NCBI GenBank assembly: GCA_001179505.1
Contig: CDMY01000200.1
Coordinates: forward strand, 1 to 64,000
Source of the DNA: Vitrella brassicaformis CCMP3155
Taxonomy: Eukaryota > Protista > Chromerida
Direction of reading: 5' to 3'
Length of the DNA: 64,000 bases
In this document: positions 13,361 through 25,415 of the stretch, in pieces
How positions within the stretch are numbered: position 1 is the stretch's first letter
How the letters are laid out: every line of letters begins with the position of its first letter
Translations under genes and position numbers: made by a program
The notes under the pieces: model-generated
Seen by the model: the letters and a program-made list of their open reading frames with translations, nothing else
Database searches by the model: none
What the model was told of the DNA's origin: nothing

Positions 13361-15058
13361 ATGGCTCGTCGCGAGATGCTGAGCACATCGTATCCCGGTG
13401 AGGGTCAGCAGTCCCTGTCGCCCCTCTCCGTCCACGCGCAGCCGGCAGCCCACGCCGTCAGTGGCCCTGCCGCTGACGGGCCCATGCTCTCCACCTTCGA
13501 CTTCACGGCCATCGAGTCAATGGACCCTTCGCTCGGTACGGACGGCCGGGGGAAGGGGTGGAACAGATGGGGGAAGATGGCAGAGGCTCGAGCGGCTGAA
13601 TGTATGTCTGCTTCGTTCTGTCTTTGTTTCTTCTTGTGTGCACGGGATGGATGGGCGCAGCTGAGGGGCATCGAGTTGTGTATGACCGGGAGTGTCCGTT
13701 TGAGCTGCGGGTGCAGGAGAGCGACGCCAATGCGCCACAGGTAGGTACGGTAGGCACGGAAAGGATGGACCCACAGGCTGATCGATCTCAGAGGCTGTTT
13801 CGTCTTGTCTGGTCATCCTCATCTATGGCTGTGTGTGTGTGGCCACACACAGGAGGTTGGGACTCTCGAGGCTATCAAATGCAAGATACTGTTGTTGGTC
13901 AGCAGCCTGCCAAGCCACCTGCTCTGTGGAGGGGTGGATGGGGGCGCAGTGCAGTGCATGTGTCTGCTCCTGGTCCGGTCGATCTGTCTGTCTGTCTACA
14001 GGGTGACCAGGCGTGTCCTCAGCACGTGCGCGTCGACCTGACGAGCGAAAATGACCTCTTCTTCCACTACACACACAGGTGGGCAGGGCATTGCATTCAC
14101 ATGCACACGAGAACGAGAAGAGAACAAGAGAAACCCATCCATCCATCCATCCATGTGTGTGCCTACCTGTCTGTGTGTTATGTGTGTTTAGTGTGAATGA
14201 GTCGTCGTTTCGGGGGATGCAGGAGGCGCAGAAGCTGATGATCGAGTTCCCGGACTACATGAACGTGCTCGTCAAAATGCTCAACTCCTGCATCAAGTCC
14301 CCACACAGGCATGTACCTCCCATGAGCACCACACCACACGACCAACACGTGGATGGATGTGCGTCTGTCTATGTGTGTGTGGTGTGGACGGACGGACGGA
14401 CGTGGTCAGTTTCCTGGCGGTGTTGCTGCTGAAGCGCGATGGCAAGGCGCAGCTGGACATCATCCAGGTGAGCGACGATCGACACAAATGAGAATAATAC
14501 ACACAGATACAGAGAGAGTGTCACCTGTGTGTGTGTGTGTGTGTGTGTGTATGCGTGGTTCAGAATATGGAGTATAAGTTCGTTGAGTTGTTGTCGCTGG
14601 ACTTCACCGCATCGCCCGAGGAGGTCGTCAGACAGCAGATCACATTCAGGTGGGCAGCCAGACGGGGGGGCTTACTGGCGGGGGAGTGGGCCACTCACTC
14701 ACCCCACGGCCTCTCTGTGTCTGTGTCTGTGTGTTGGTGGCAATCCTTCTGCAGATACAACAGCCTGAAATCGAAAGTGGCCCTCATGCAAGCCAGGCTG
14801 CAGGTGCGGGCACACCCATCTGCCCAGCAGTATCGTGCATCCGAAAGTGTCCTTGCGCCTTGTGTTCTCTTGCGTTTGTCTGTTCAGGACATTAATGCGT
14901 TGGTGAAGGTCAAGAACCCGTCTCTGCTGCTGCAGCTGCAGAAGACCCCCCCATCGCAGTACGGCCAGCAGCACCACGCCTACTCCACCAGCAGCCCACA
15001 CGTGTCACCGCTGCCCCAGGCCCGGACCGCCAACACGTCCGTCATGTCCAGGCGATGA
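13361..15058 (+). CDS. SAS6L: SAS-6-like protein (SAS6L; SAS-6 N-terminal head family)
   Basis: Spliced product includes YDRECPFELRVQE, EVGTLEAIKCKIL, HVRVDLTSENDLFFHYTH, QKLMIEFPDY, NMEYKFVELLSLDF and YNSLKSKVALMQARLQDINALVKVKNPSLLLQLQK. This is a SAS-6 head with only a short coiled coil, as in SAS6L. The start could instead be the ATG at 13484. Confidence 0.85.
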
Positions 15059-16254
15059 ATGAATGAATGAATGACTTGGGTGGAGCCACAGAACGAAGGG
15101 GAGAGAGAGAGAGGTCGTGGTGTGTGAGTGAGTGGGTGGGTGGGTGTGTATACTCTGATTGACGGACGGGAGTGGAAAAGGAGAGGGCGGCGCGGGGCGG
15201 TGAAGAAGGAAACGTTTGATGGATTGCGAACAATAGGAAAGTGACGCACATCAAATCAATGGACAGATAGAATGTCAGTCAGTGCGAGCAGCTCACGTGG
15301 GCGGTGTGCTCTTCTTTTTGCCTAACTGCGTTGGCCGTCCCATCTGCCAGCGTCAGTCAGGGGATTCTCCACCTGCACATACACACAGAACAGACGCCGT
15401 CAAATGTGGCATGGCATGCATCTCTCGCATATCTCACACACACACACACACACGCACCTCTATGCCAGCAGTATGAACAGGTTGACGAATGAGCTAATGG
15501 CAAATATCTTGTCCGCCATGTGCCACTGACACACACACACACACCCCCATCTGTCGCCTGTCTGGCTGGCTGGAAAAAGGATGGAGGGGGTGTCCGGGAG
15601 TGCGTGTGTGTGAATGGGCGTGTGTTGCTGGCGTGTACATCACAGCTGTTGAGCTACAGACTGCGTGCGTCATGGACCGACGCACAGGTTTATTTATGTG
15701 AAATTGGCTGAGAGAGAGGGAGGAAAAACTCATAGCGAGACATGAGACGCAACCAAATCAATCTTTCGCTACCATCAAGCTTCTCCAGCAATGTCTCCGC
15801 CGTGATTTTCCACAACACATGCCCCTCATGGCCGGCTTTGGCTGGACATGGTGTTGTGTGTGTTGTGTGTGTCGTGGGGTTTGTTTGCTCTGCTGTGATG
15901 GCAATGGCAACAAAGAGGCGGCGAGTCAGTCAGTCGGTCGATCGGCCGATGTGGTGACCAAGTCGACGGGCGGTGCAGGCACGCACACACGCACCCCAAT
16001 GAAGTCTGCTTTCGTTTCCGTGTTTCTCCTGCTCGCTGTGAACAGGCCCCATGTTGAACGACAACCAGAAGTAATACTACGGTCGTTCCCATCAGTGCAT
16101 CCATCTCATCCGTCCCAAACACACGAAATATAAAATGTAGACAGGGATGCCAAGGAAGATCCTCGGCTGACCCACTCGCGCTGACCCCCCGCCACCATCA
16201 CACACCATTACCTTTACTCGCCACCAGGCCGCTGTATCAATCGGCCTCCTACCC

Positions 16255-17764
16255 TTAGTTCCCCCACACTGCCCCCTCCGGCACCCGCCACCAGCCAGCG
16301 AGCATCTTGTGCGCCTTCTCATGTCGCTCCTCGTTGGCCCACATGGCCTCGGTGACGAAGTGCAGGTACACCATCTCGATGTAGAGGCGCTCCTGGGCCT
16401 CGGCGTCGCCCTCGTCCGCCGTCTTGATGGCAACCGACATTATCTCGTACTTCTCGTCCGGAGTGAGGTACCGGTAGAAGCGGACGGTGGTTCGGTTGCC
16501 CTTAATGGTGCGGTGGGGCGTCTTGGTGCGGACCCATGTGCGTGGGTCGGGGAGGATCCACTCGGGGGGGTAATGCGGGCACACCACTCTAGCTGAGGGC
16601 GCAGCTCGTCGATCAGGCGCCGCAGGTGGTCAATCTGCTCGTTCTTCTGCAGCACCAGCTGCCCCAGGCCAGATGGATGCTGACAAGTAGATTTTGCTGT
16701 TGATTCACGCACCGTAGAAAAATGTCTCGCAATAAGCCCTTGCAGGTAGGCTTGTGTCCTCCATTTGCAGGCATAGGCATGGGGCCGCTTGAGAGCGCTG
16801 AGACACACACGTTAGCAGCAGACGGATTGCTTGAGAGGATGCTGTCACTGGAAGACCAGATTTCTTACTCATCTGACAGCCGCCAGAAGCGCCTCAAACG
16901 GACACCCAAACATAAAACCTGGAGACAATGTCCTTTGGGGTACGTGTTACTTCGACCACCAGCTTGACATCCGGCATCGTTATGGATGTCTCCACGTAGT
17001 TCGTAGCAAACATGAATCTGGTCTTGTCTGCAATATTATATAGCACATCCAACAAGCCGTGATTCATGACATGTCCTCCGCATCATTCCTCTGATTATAC
17101 CAGGTGGGGCTCTTGCAAGCGCTTGCTTTCGGACTTCTTCGCTAACTTGGGCATGTAGCGGGATGGCAATGTAGTCCGTTTGCCTCCGTCAGCAGTTGGT
17201 CGAGGTGCGCTATCCTGGAGTGCATGTCGCTCCGCATGTTCTCGTCCACCTCAATATGCAGCCAGGCCACAACACACATAAATGAGAGATGCTCAGCTCA
17301 TATTGCCCACCCACCCCACCTCCCTACCCAGGACGACTAGTTTGGCCAGGTTGGGCTCAGTTTGGACGTGCCATGCGGTCTGCGTCCGTCGGCTGCCCCA
17401 GCCGCCATCTCATTGTTGGGCGGTGTTGGTGGGAACACCAGCAGGGCCTACAGTCGAGGCATACACAGCAAATGGGGAGAAGCCTTTTGTTTGACCTCAT
17501 CACGCTGTTCACGTGACTTTCTCTTACCGAGTTGTGTCATCGGCGCCTGCATCGGCCAGCCTGCGCGCGAGCGCATCATCGTCGCGGACGTCCTCCCTCT
17601 CGGCTTCCTCTCGAAGGCTGATCCCTTCGAAACGACGAGAGACGCTCGCCTGTGTCACTGGCACTCACACCCTCTCTGGGCGCCCGCACCCGCACACCCG
17701 CACTCGGGTTCCCTCCGGCCGGAGGGAGCAGAGCCAATTGAGGGTCCCAATGAGGGATGAGCAT
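16255..17764 (-). CDS. Hypothetical protein containing a DEAH-helicase C-terminal-domain-like segment (motif V)
   Basis: Exons 17183-17101 and 17027-16951 join in phase across a GT-AG intron to give QTDYIAIPLHAQVSEEVRKQALARAPP-DKTRFMFATNYVETSITMPDVKLVVE. An upstream exon encodes ASVSRRFEGISLREEAEREDVRDDDALARRLADAG. The terminal ORF 16587-16255 has coding-like composition. The overall model is uncertain. Confidence 0.5.
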
Positions 17765-17879
17765 TTTCCGTGGCGATGAGGACAAAAAGCAAGGCGGTAA
17801 AAGAAGATCTGTCGCGTCTCGTCGAGAATGAATGATGTAAACGGATCCTTGCTGCGGATCTGAAGAGTCTTTTCGCGAG

Positions 17880-18729
17880 ATGGCTTCGACGGGTCCGTCG
17901 TCGAGCGCCGCTGCGCCCTCTATGTCCCCTGACTCGTCGCGGTATGTACCCGGCATCTATCCGCCGCCCACCGCTGCCGCTGCTGCCGCATCGTATGGCT
18001 ACGGCGGGATGGGAGGATACTACACGGCTGCGCCGGGTGCTCCGTACACGTACGAGCCCATGACCTATGCTGCTGCTGCTGCGGTGAGGAAACCGACATG
18101 GATGGAACCATGGAGTGACATGGATGTAGCGCCCTTTCTCGCATTGTCGTCGGATGGGTGGACGGATGGATGGATGGTGCGGTGATGCAGGGGGCCCCTG
18201 GCGTGCCGTATCCGACGTACGAGTATCCACCGGCCGCCTACCCGCAACCGGAATACGGTGAGATCTATCTATCAGATCTGATTCATTCGTGTCACCTCAC
18301 CTCACCCCGTGTGTGGTGTGCTTGGGCATGCAGATTACGTTGGTTCCTACCCGTACGGCACGGGCGCCACCGCCACCACGTGGCCCGATGACCCCGCTGC
18401 CCAGTACGCAGGTATGCACCTCACCTCTCTAGAACACAGCAGATACATACACACACGGCCGGCACGGCATCAATGCATGGGTGTGGCGTTCCCTGCTCTG
18501 CTCCTCTCTGCTCCTTCATTCCCCACTGCTGGTGGTGTTCCGGGCACTTCGGTGGGCCCCCTGATCGCACCGGCGGCCTCATTTGCACCGCACTATCCCC
18601 TGCCGCACGTAGCCACGCTCCAGCGAGAGGTGGGGCACTGCAGCGTGCACACGAACACGAGATGAGGCGTGGTGAGGTGAGGTGTGGTGTGTTGTGTAGG
18701 CCAAGAAAAAGAAGAAGGGATGCTGCTAG
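17880..18729 (+). CDS. Small Tyr/Pro/Ala/Gly-rich protein with a C-terminal polybasic-CC motif
   Basis: GT-AG-bounded exons: MASTGPSS...YGYGGMGGYYTAAPGAPYTYEPMTYAAAAA, GAPGVPYPTYEYPPAAYPQPEY, DYVGSYPYGTGATATTWPDDPAAQYA, ...HVATLQRE, and final exon 18700-18729 AKKKKKGCC*. Confidence 0.7.
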
Positions 18730-19899
18730 ACATGCTGAGGGAGAGGTAGCTCACGATATGGCTGGATGAGTGAATGAATGAATGAATGGGTGGGTGGGTG
18801 GCTAGATAGTGGATGTTGGTGCACTCGTTGATATGTCCGACAGCGAAAGTCGTTGATATGTGCGCAGCGTGTGAGCTGCGTGTGATGGATGCGTCTGATG
18901 GACTGACTGCCCGACGCATGTGTGTGTATGCCTAGTCCGTAGTCCATGGTAAAGCGGGATCATGCACACCTCTTAATGCACCGGATGCATCACTGTGTCA
19001 GTTCCACACACAACGTACAGACACGCATACACGCATACGCATACTCGTGTGCACGCCCGCACACGATGTCTGGAAGACAAAACACACGGCGGCGAGAGAA
19101 GACACCTCCCAGGCCTGTCAAAAAAGCCTCTCTGCCAACCGAACCGACGACACTCACCACACACACACAAGGGGAAGAAAGGGCAAAATCAGCAAAAGAC
19201 AGACACACTCACACACACGCACGGGAAAAGCTGATGGGATGGGATGTGTGTGGGGGCCCAGGCAGGCCATGGAAAAGTGTGTGTGGGAGTGGAGGAGCGG
19301 GGAGTTCTCTTGTGTACATACACATGCATACATATGTATACATACATTGATTCATACGTACACAGCCGTACGCACGTACGTACATATATGGTATGGCGAC
19401 CTACATACATGCATACATACATACTAGAAAAGCGGGAGGGAGGGAGGTGTGTCAGACATGTCTGTGTGCGGTGCTTGGATGGGATGGGTGGGTCTGGCCC
19501 CCCTCACTCCACTCCCTTTCCTTTGCAACCAGACCAGACCAGACCAGAGCAGTCGATCGATTACACACACATACATACATGAACATATATGGACAGGCAC
19601 AGGCAGGCAGACCGGGGACCGTGCGATGACATAGACACACACACACACAGCCAGACAGACAGACAGACAGGCACGCAGCCAGGCAGGCAGGCAGGCAGGA
19701 AGACATTCTCTCTCTCATCCCACGTGTGGATTGTACGCACATTCACATACACACACACGTATAGATAGACGCTACGCTACACATACGGGCTGGTTGAAAG
19801 CAGCCGGGGTCACACGAGAGGAAAATCGAGCAGCGAACGGTCTCTCTCTATGGGCCTTGCGTTCATCCCTCCTCGCTCGCTGCATCCACCACTAACCAG

Positions 19900-22046
19900 T
19901 CAGTCACCCTGGCTCCCACAGCATCCATCGCTCGACGATAAAGATCTCTGTCCCGCCTCTCCCGGCCAGCCAAAACTGTCTGTCCACGGCCCCGTCCCAC
20001 ACTCTCTCTTTCTCCTGCTTGCTCGCGTTGCGACGCGCATCTGTCTCTCCTCTCCCACTCTCTTGCCCATCAGATCAGGCACCGACTAATGACGCGGGAC
20101 TCCGCAAGTCATCCGTCTCGTGATCATATCGGTGGCTGTGCTTCCTGCTCTTTGTCTCGTGCAGCCCCGCCAGCCACTCGGCTATCACACGGGCCTGCAC
20201 ACAACGAACGGGCCGACACACAGGCAGCCAGAGAAAGAATTCCACGTCAAGTAAGAATGGATAGGTGAGTGTTGGTCGTCCGAGCGCACCGCAAAGTTCT
20301 TTTCGGGCACCGGCCACCAGGACTCACAGAACAGATTGTGGCCACCGGTCTGCACGCAGGCCACAGAACGAGCAGGGTCGAGTGTGGATCTGCTCCCAGC
20401 TGTCTGTGTGCCTGCCTGTGTCTCCCATTGACATCACACGTACACACCGGCGTGACGGCGAAAACAACGGTCGGGTGGTCTTTCAGGCGCCTGGCCATCT
20501 CCCACACAAGCGATGCGGGCACCACCGGGTCGTCCAAAGACATCAGGCACAGAAACGGTACCTGCATGACATGACCACCCCATACGACACATGGACCTCC
20601 ATGAGCACCCGCCCATCGATCCCGCTGCTGCCCTATTTGTGTGTGTGTGTGTGTGCGTTGGTGTCACCTGTATGTGCTCCAAGTGGGCCTCACACGACGC
20701 ATCTCGGTAGTAGTCCTCCACCCTCTCATAGCCAAACCGGTGACACGACAGCAAAGTGTCGCACTCCCACACCGTCCGCGCGCGCATCCCCCTCTCCACC
20801 AGATCCTCACTCACACTCGGCAGCCTCTTTTCATCCTCACCCCAGCTGCTCAGCAGAGGCAGAGAGAGATCCGGCAGAGGCGACAGGCCGGCCGTGAGAG
20901 GTGAGGGGGGCGGCGGGGGCGAGGCTGACGAGCTGGCGGTGGATGTGCTGCTAGAGAGGCTGGCGGTGCTTGTTGTGAGCGCTATGAGCAGGGGAGAGGG
21001 GATGAGGGCCAGCGAAACGGATGACTCACGCTGCCTTCGGTAGAGCGGCCGGGGCTGGGAGAAGTAGCACTTCTTATACGCCCAGGTAAGTCCTCTGCAC
21101 ACATGGACGGAGGCACACGATATGTTCATGCGTGCCGTGCTCATCCATCCATTTCTCCCTCCATCCCACTTTGACCTGCTTGCCAGCTTCGACAGAGATG
21201 CCCTCGGTGCGCCGTCGATGTGCCGCACACACCTTCCCACATCGATGGGGTTGCTCACCGACACCCCGCCCTTCACCCGCCGCCACACAGCACTCTCACC
21301 CTGGCCAGCCCGCTTGCCCATCTCACCCAGCCACCTGGCCACGTTCGAACCGCCCATCGAGAAGCCGATAAAATAGATGGGCGACTCGTTGTCAGGTGTG
21401 CGGCTGACGATGGCCTGCATGGCGGCTTCTATGTCGCCAGTGGACGCCCAGCAGCGATGGTGCGAGTCGATGGGGTGGTCCACGCCCCGTGGGCTCATGA
21501 CGTGGGAGCGGAAGCCCAGGCGAGACAGCAGGGTCACTGCAGAGTAGATCTGCCCGTCCCGCGACGAGCCGCACGCACCTGAAACAGACAGACAAAGGAA
21601 TAAGAGCGTTTGTAATGACTGATGAATGCTGGCTGCGTGACGCCTCTTTCTTTCTCACCAGTGAGTATCAGCACATCTCCTTTGCAATCGACCCCCTCTG
21701 CCGGCTCCCGCCTGTGCAGGTGCACCGTCCCTCCCTCTCGGCTGTCCTCAACCGCATCCACACCGTCATAAATGGCGTCCCTGTGCGGCGTGGCGTGCCC
21801 CTGAAGGTACATCAAGACGGCCTGCACCCAGGCTCCTCCCAATACGCGAGATGAGGGCCGAAAGCCGGCAGCGGAGAGCAGTCTCCTGTATGATGACGCG
21901 CCAAAGAGTCTGATGCCTGGGCGTGTGGCGGGCTTTGTGGACGAGGCCGCCTGGGCGATGGTGGACGAGAGGAGAGCGAGCGGCAGAATAAGGAGGGACA
22001 GCAGGCACGGCATCGAGCTCAGCATATCCCAAGGGATGTCGAGCAT
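19900..22046 (-). CDS. Alpha/beta hydrolase, YheT/ABHD1-3 family
   Basis: N-terminal hydrophobic segment, PIYFIGFSMGG nucleophile elbow, VSVSNPIDV, FGYERVEDYYRDASC, VPFLCLMSLDDPVVP (Asp) and GGHNLF (His). The 3' end is approximate. Confidence 0.85.
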
Positions 22047-22322
22047 GATAGCCCAGTCTTCCCTTCCCCCCGTCCCGAGCGGTTTCCCCGTCTGTGTGCG
22101 AGCTTAGAAGTACAGATCTTCCCATCTTTTTCCCTGGACACGGGAGTCGTGTTGTTGCAGGTTAACCTTGATGGCCGGGCGGCTTGTTTGAGCGTCATTG
22201 TACCATTTGAATCACAATAGGTGGGCGAGCACACACACGGCACATGCAGCAGGTGTCTGCCCATCTCTCGTCGCCTCTCTGTGTGTGTGGTCGGTGCAGC
22301 TGTTGGTGTCTGTTTGAGTGAG

Positions 22323-22446
22323 ATGTCCGAGGGTCACGACGACATCCACATGGCCTCCGCTGCCATGGCGGACGGTGACGGTGGCGATGCGGGTACGCCA
22401 CACACAGATGAATGTGACACATCAAACACACAGCATCAGCGCCACA

Positions 22447-22478
<32 letters not shown>

Positions 22479-24679
22479 CAGACGATGTGGCTGAGGAGGA
22501 TAGCAATGGCGGCGGCGAGCAGCCAGACGGGCAAGACGACAATGACGCTGACAGTGGTGAGTCAACAGCACGCCACACAGACTGATCAACACACCAGTGG
22601 CACACTCATTTTCGCTTTGTTGACGAATGTGTTGGTGTGTCTTCGTTTCAGATTTGTTGCGTGAGGAGGAGGACGGTGGGATGGCCGAGGAGGAGGAAGG
22701 TGTACAGGAGGCAGCTGATAGCGAATCCGAATCGGTGGGTCACTCATTGACAGCCACAGCCGCCCCATGCGACGAGCGTCAGCAGTGTTTCTCACTCTTT
22801 CCCTTTGTTGTGGCAGGGTGGTGTGCAGGATGACAGTGATGGTGACGGTGGGCCGCTGGGCGACGGCATCGATGACGACGACGAGAGCGATGAAGACGAC
22901 GGCTATGAGGAGGACGGTACGCCAGACAGACAGACAGACAGACGCGAAAGAGTGTGATCCGCACACACATTCCTTCACTGTGTGTGTCGTGTGGTGGCTG
23001 TGTGTGTGTGTGTTGCAGGACATCCTGTGGAGGTGGCCACCACGGTGGAGGTGCCTGACGGCTGTTGGAGATCCGATGACATCGAGGCTCGATTTCCCCA
23101 CTATACCAACGAGGCTACCAGGCAGCTGGCATTGGGCATCATCGGCCGCACCATCACCAGCCCTCAGCAAGCGACACGTCTCATCCAGCAGAACGCCGAC
23201 CCAGATGTCATGCCTCGACTGCGGCAGAAGGGCAGCGGGTATGGTGACGTCTACGGCTACCCCCTCTTGTGTCTCGCTATTGACAACAAGTCGGACTACA
23301 CCGCCGAGACAATCCTGGCAGGGGACAGTCTTGATTGCCGCCTCTTCGCCTTGCCACACTGGTCGTCGGATGAGCTGCAGTCGGCAATAATTACCGCGCT
23401 GCTCGACAGAGGGGCAGACGTCAATGCGGCAGCCGACGAGACCGGGGAGACGCCTCTCCACTTGGCGATCGCATGCGGCAATCAGACGGCCTTCGACCTG
23501 CTGATGGCGCGTCACGACGTTGACCTGCGCCCAGCAGACGCACACGCAGTAAGGGTGATGGAGCTGCCCGAGCCGCTGCGTCCGCCTCCCCCCGAGTATC
23601 TGCAGCTGCTCATGTCGATGTATGAGCGACTCATCGCACGAGACCCCACACTCGCAACCCAACGACGCGGCGGCCTCAACCTGGTTTTTCATGCAGCCGG
23701 GTCGGAGGAGGGCCACTACCCCCAATGGTTTATCGACGCCTATCTGGACCTCGTTACGGCGAACGGGGCCGACATGACGGCAGACGATGCCGGTGGGGAG
23801 ACGCCACTGCACAGGGCGGCCTTCATCGGTTCTCCCCACGTGGCCGACTACCTCTGCCGCAAGCTGCCCGCTGACCAGATCAACAGACGGACAGTCGCCG
23901 GCAACACGCCCCTCGCCATAGCTGCCTATGAGCTCGATCGGCACACCCAACATCTGCAGCACCCGAACACTTCCGAGGCCGACAAGGAGGAGGTGCGCGC
24001 CGAGATTCCCAACTACAAGCTGACGATCCGCAGCCTGCTGCGGGTGGGGGCCGACATCAGCACCATCCCCACAGCCACAGAAGAGCGCCGCCGCCAGCTG
24101 GTGCTGACAGAGTATGCCGGAGTGCTCAATGAGCTGGGTCCCCCCGTCATGGCGGCCGTCAACGCCGCCCTCGCCCCCCACCGCTCACTCGCGGCCCTCC
24201 TGACCCCCCGGCTGGCCGTCGGCCCGCAGGAGGCCCCCGTCTTCGGCTGGCGCATTGCGTCATACCTCTTCGACATGAATGCCGCCCAGGAGGTCATCGG
24301 TGAGGCTATCGGTGTGCGGCACACCGACATGGCCCGCCGTGTGTGTGCGGCAGCGGAGCACTTCATCCATTCGGCGGTGTACCAGGCCAGCAGCAACAGG
24401 GAGGTGGTGGGCGGAATGAGGTATGAGCAGCAGGGCGACAAGCGGCTCAAGGTGACGGTGCCGCAGCTGCAGTGCTTTGTGGTGGGCGGTGTGGGTGGCC
24501 GCAAGATGGAGTTGCGTGAGGTGGTGCAGCGGGCCATCCTGGACGAGGCGGCCAAGTGGGGGCGGCGGGGGAGATCGACAACGGCTTCAGCAAGGATGTG
24601 GCTGCCGTCGAGTGGGGGGCGGTGGGGTGGGTCGACAAGGGGTGGGACGGGAGGGAGACATTCAGACGGCTGGGGATGA
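22323..24679 (+). CDS. Ankyrin-repeat family protein, copy A (acidic N-terminus, ANK repeats, conserved C-terminal domain); 1-nt deletion near the C-terminus
   Basis: Four small acidic exons precede a large exon with ETPLHLAIACG, ETPLHRAAFIG, NTPLAIAA and LLRVGADIS. At ~24563 the sequence is tggGGGCGGCGG versus tggGGGCTGGCGG in paralogs, shifting the frame of roughly the last 40 codons. Confidence 0.8.
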
Positions 24680-24823
24680 CGTGAGAGAGGCAAACAAAGA
24701 GATGAGGCAGGCAGGGGGGATAGAGTGTTGGATGGACAAATCGTTATCGCTGCTTCTGTCATCTTGAAGAAGAAGTTCCTTTTCTCGACTCTCATCCCGA
24801 CAAATATTACGAGTCAATCTATC

Positions 24824-25066
24824 GGTGTTCGCGAATGAATGCCTCACCGATTCGCTCCCATCGGCCATCACACCGCCCTCTTCATTGTCCTCATCTGAAC
24901 ACAATCAACCACAGGCACACACATCGACCCAAATCAACTGCTGCGGCGTTCGGTGCTGACCGTCAGGCTCATCGCCGCTCTGGAGTTGCTGCACGGCGTC
25001 GACGTCCATCGGGGGCTCCGCGGCGACCTCCTGCTGCTGCTGAGCTGCTGCTTGTCGTGCGGCCAT
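24824..25066 (-). pseudogene. 5' fragment (exons 1-2) of a copy-D-type ankyrin gene
   Basis: Near-identical to 33696-33925 (MAARQAAAQQQQEVAAEPPMD...; SDEDNEEGGVMADGSES). Similarity stops inside intron 2 at 24824, and no main exon follows. Confidence 0.8.
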
Positions 25067-25380
25067 GAGTGGGGCTCGGTGTGCACACAGAGAGATAGTC
25101 CTACTACCTCTTCGACGACCTGACAGTGACACGCACACAAGGAGGAATGAGGGCCCTTCCTCCACCGAGGACGCTATTGCTCTTTTCCGCCTGCCCGCGT
25201 ACCCTCTTGTGTCCTGTCCTCTTCGGACGGGCCCTCACCTCACACAGACTAAAGCAGATCTGCCGCCCTGGACTCACGAATCACGATGAGACGGAAGCTG
25301 GGGGACGCCCGTGGCGTATTGAGGTCGCCTGGGCTCCACTGGCGGTGATATCAAACGCTCCTCGCGCACTTCTTAGCTCG

Positions 25381-25415
25381 CCCTAGGGTGGAGGGTTCAA
25401 ACCCTAACCCTCTAG
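25381..25415. promoter_or_regulatory. Telomere-like (telo-box-like) palindromic motif in a divergent promoter
   Basis: ccctaggg (palindrome) followed by agggtt-ca-aaccct (inverted repeat) and aaccct. It lies between the ATGs at 25066 (-) and 25869 (+). Function is inferred only. Confidence 0.4.

Noticed and set aside
15270-16060. Possible small minus-strand gene (exon-like pieces AGHEGHVLWKITAETLLEKLD and WHMADKIFAISSFVNLFILLA)
   Set aside because: I could not link the pieces into a consistent frame or recognise a family. RNA-seq is needed.
18950-19800. Dense short tandem repeats that might be taken for a CRISPR or satellite array
   Set aside because: They are simple (CA)n/(TACA)n/(CAGA)n/(CAGG)n microsatellites with no constant repeat plus unique spacers, and the context is eukaryotic.
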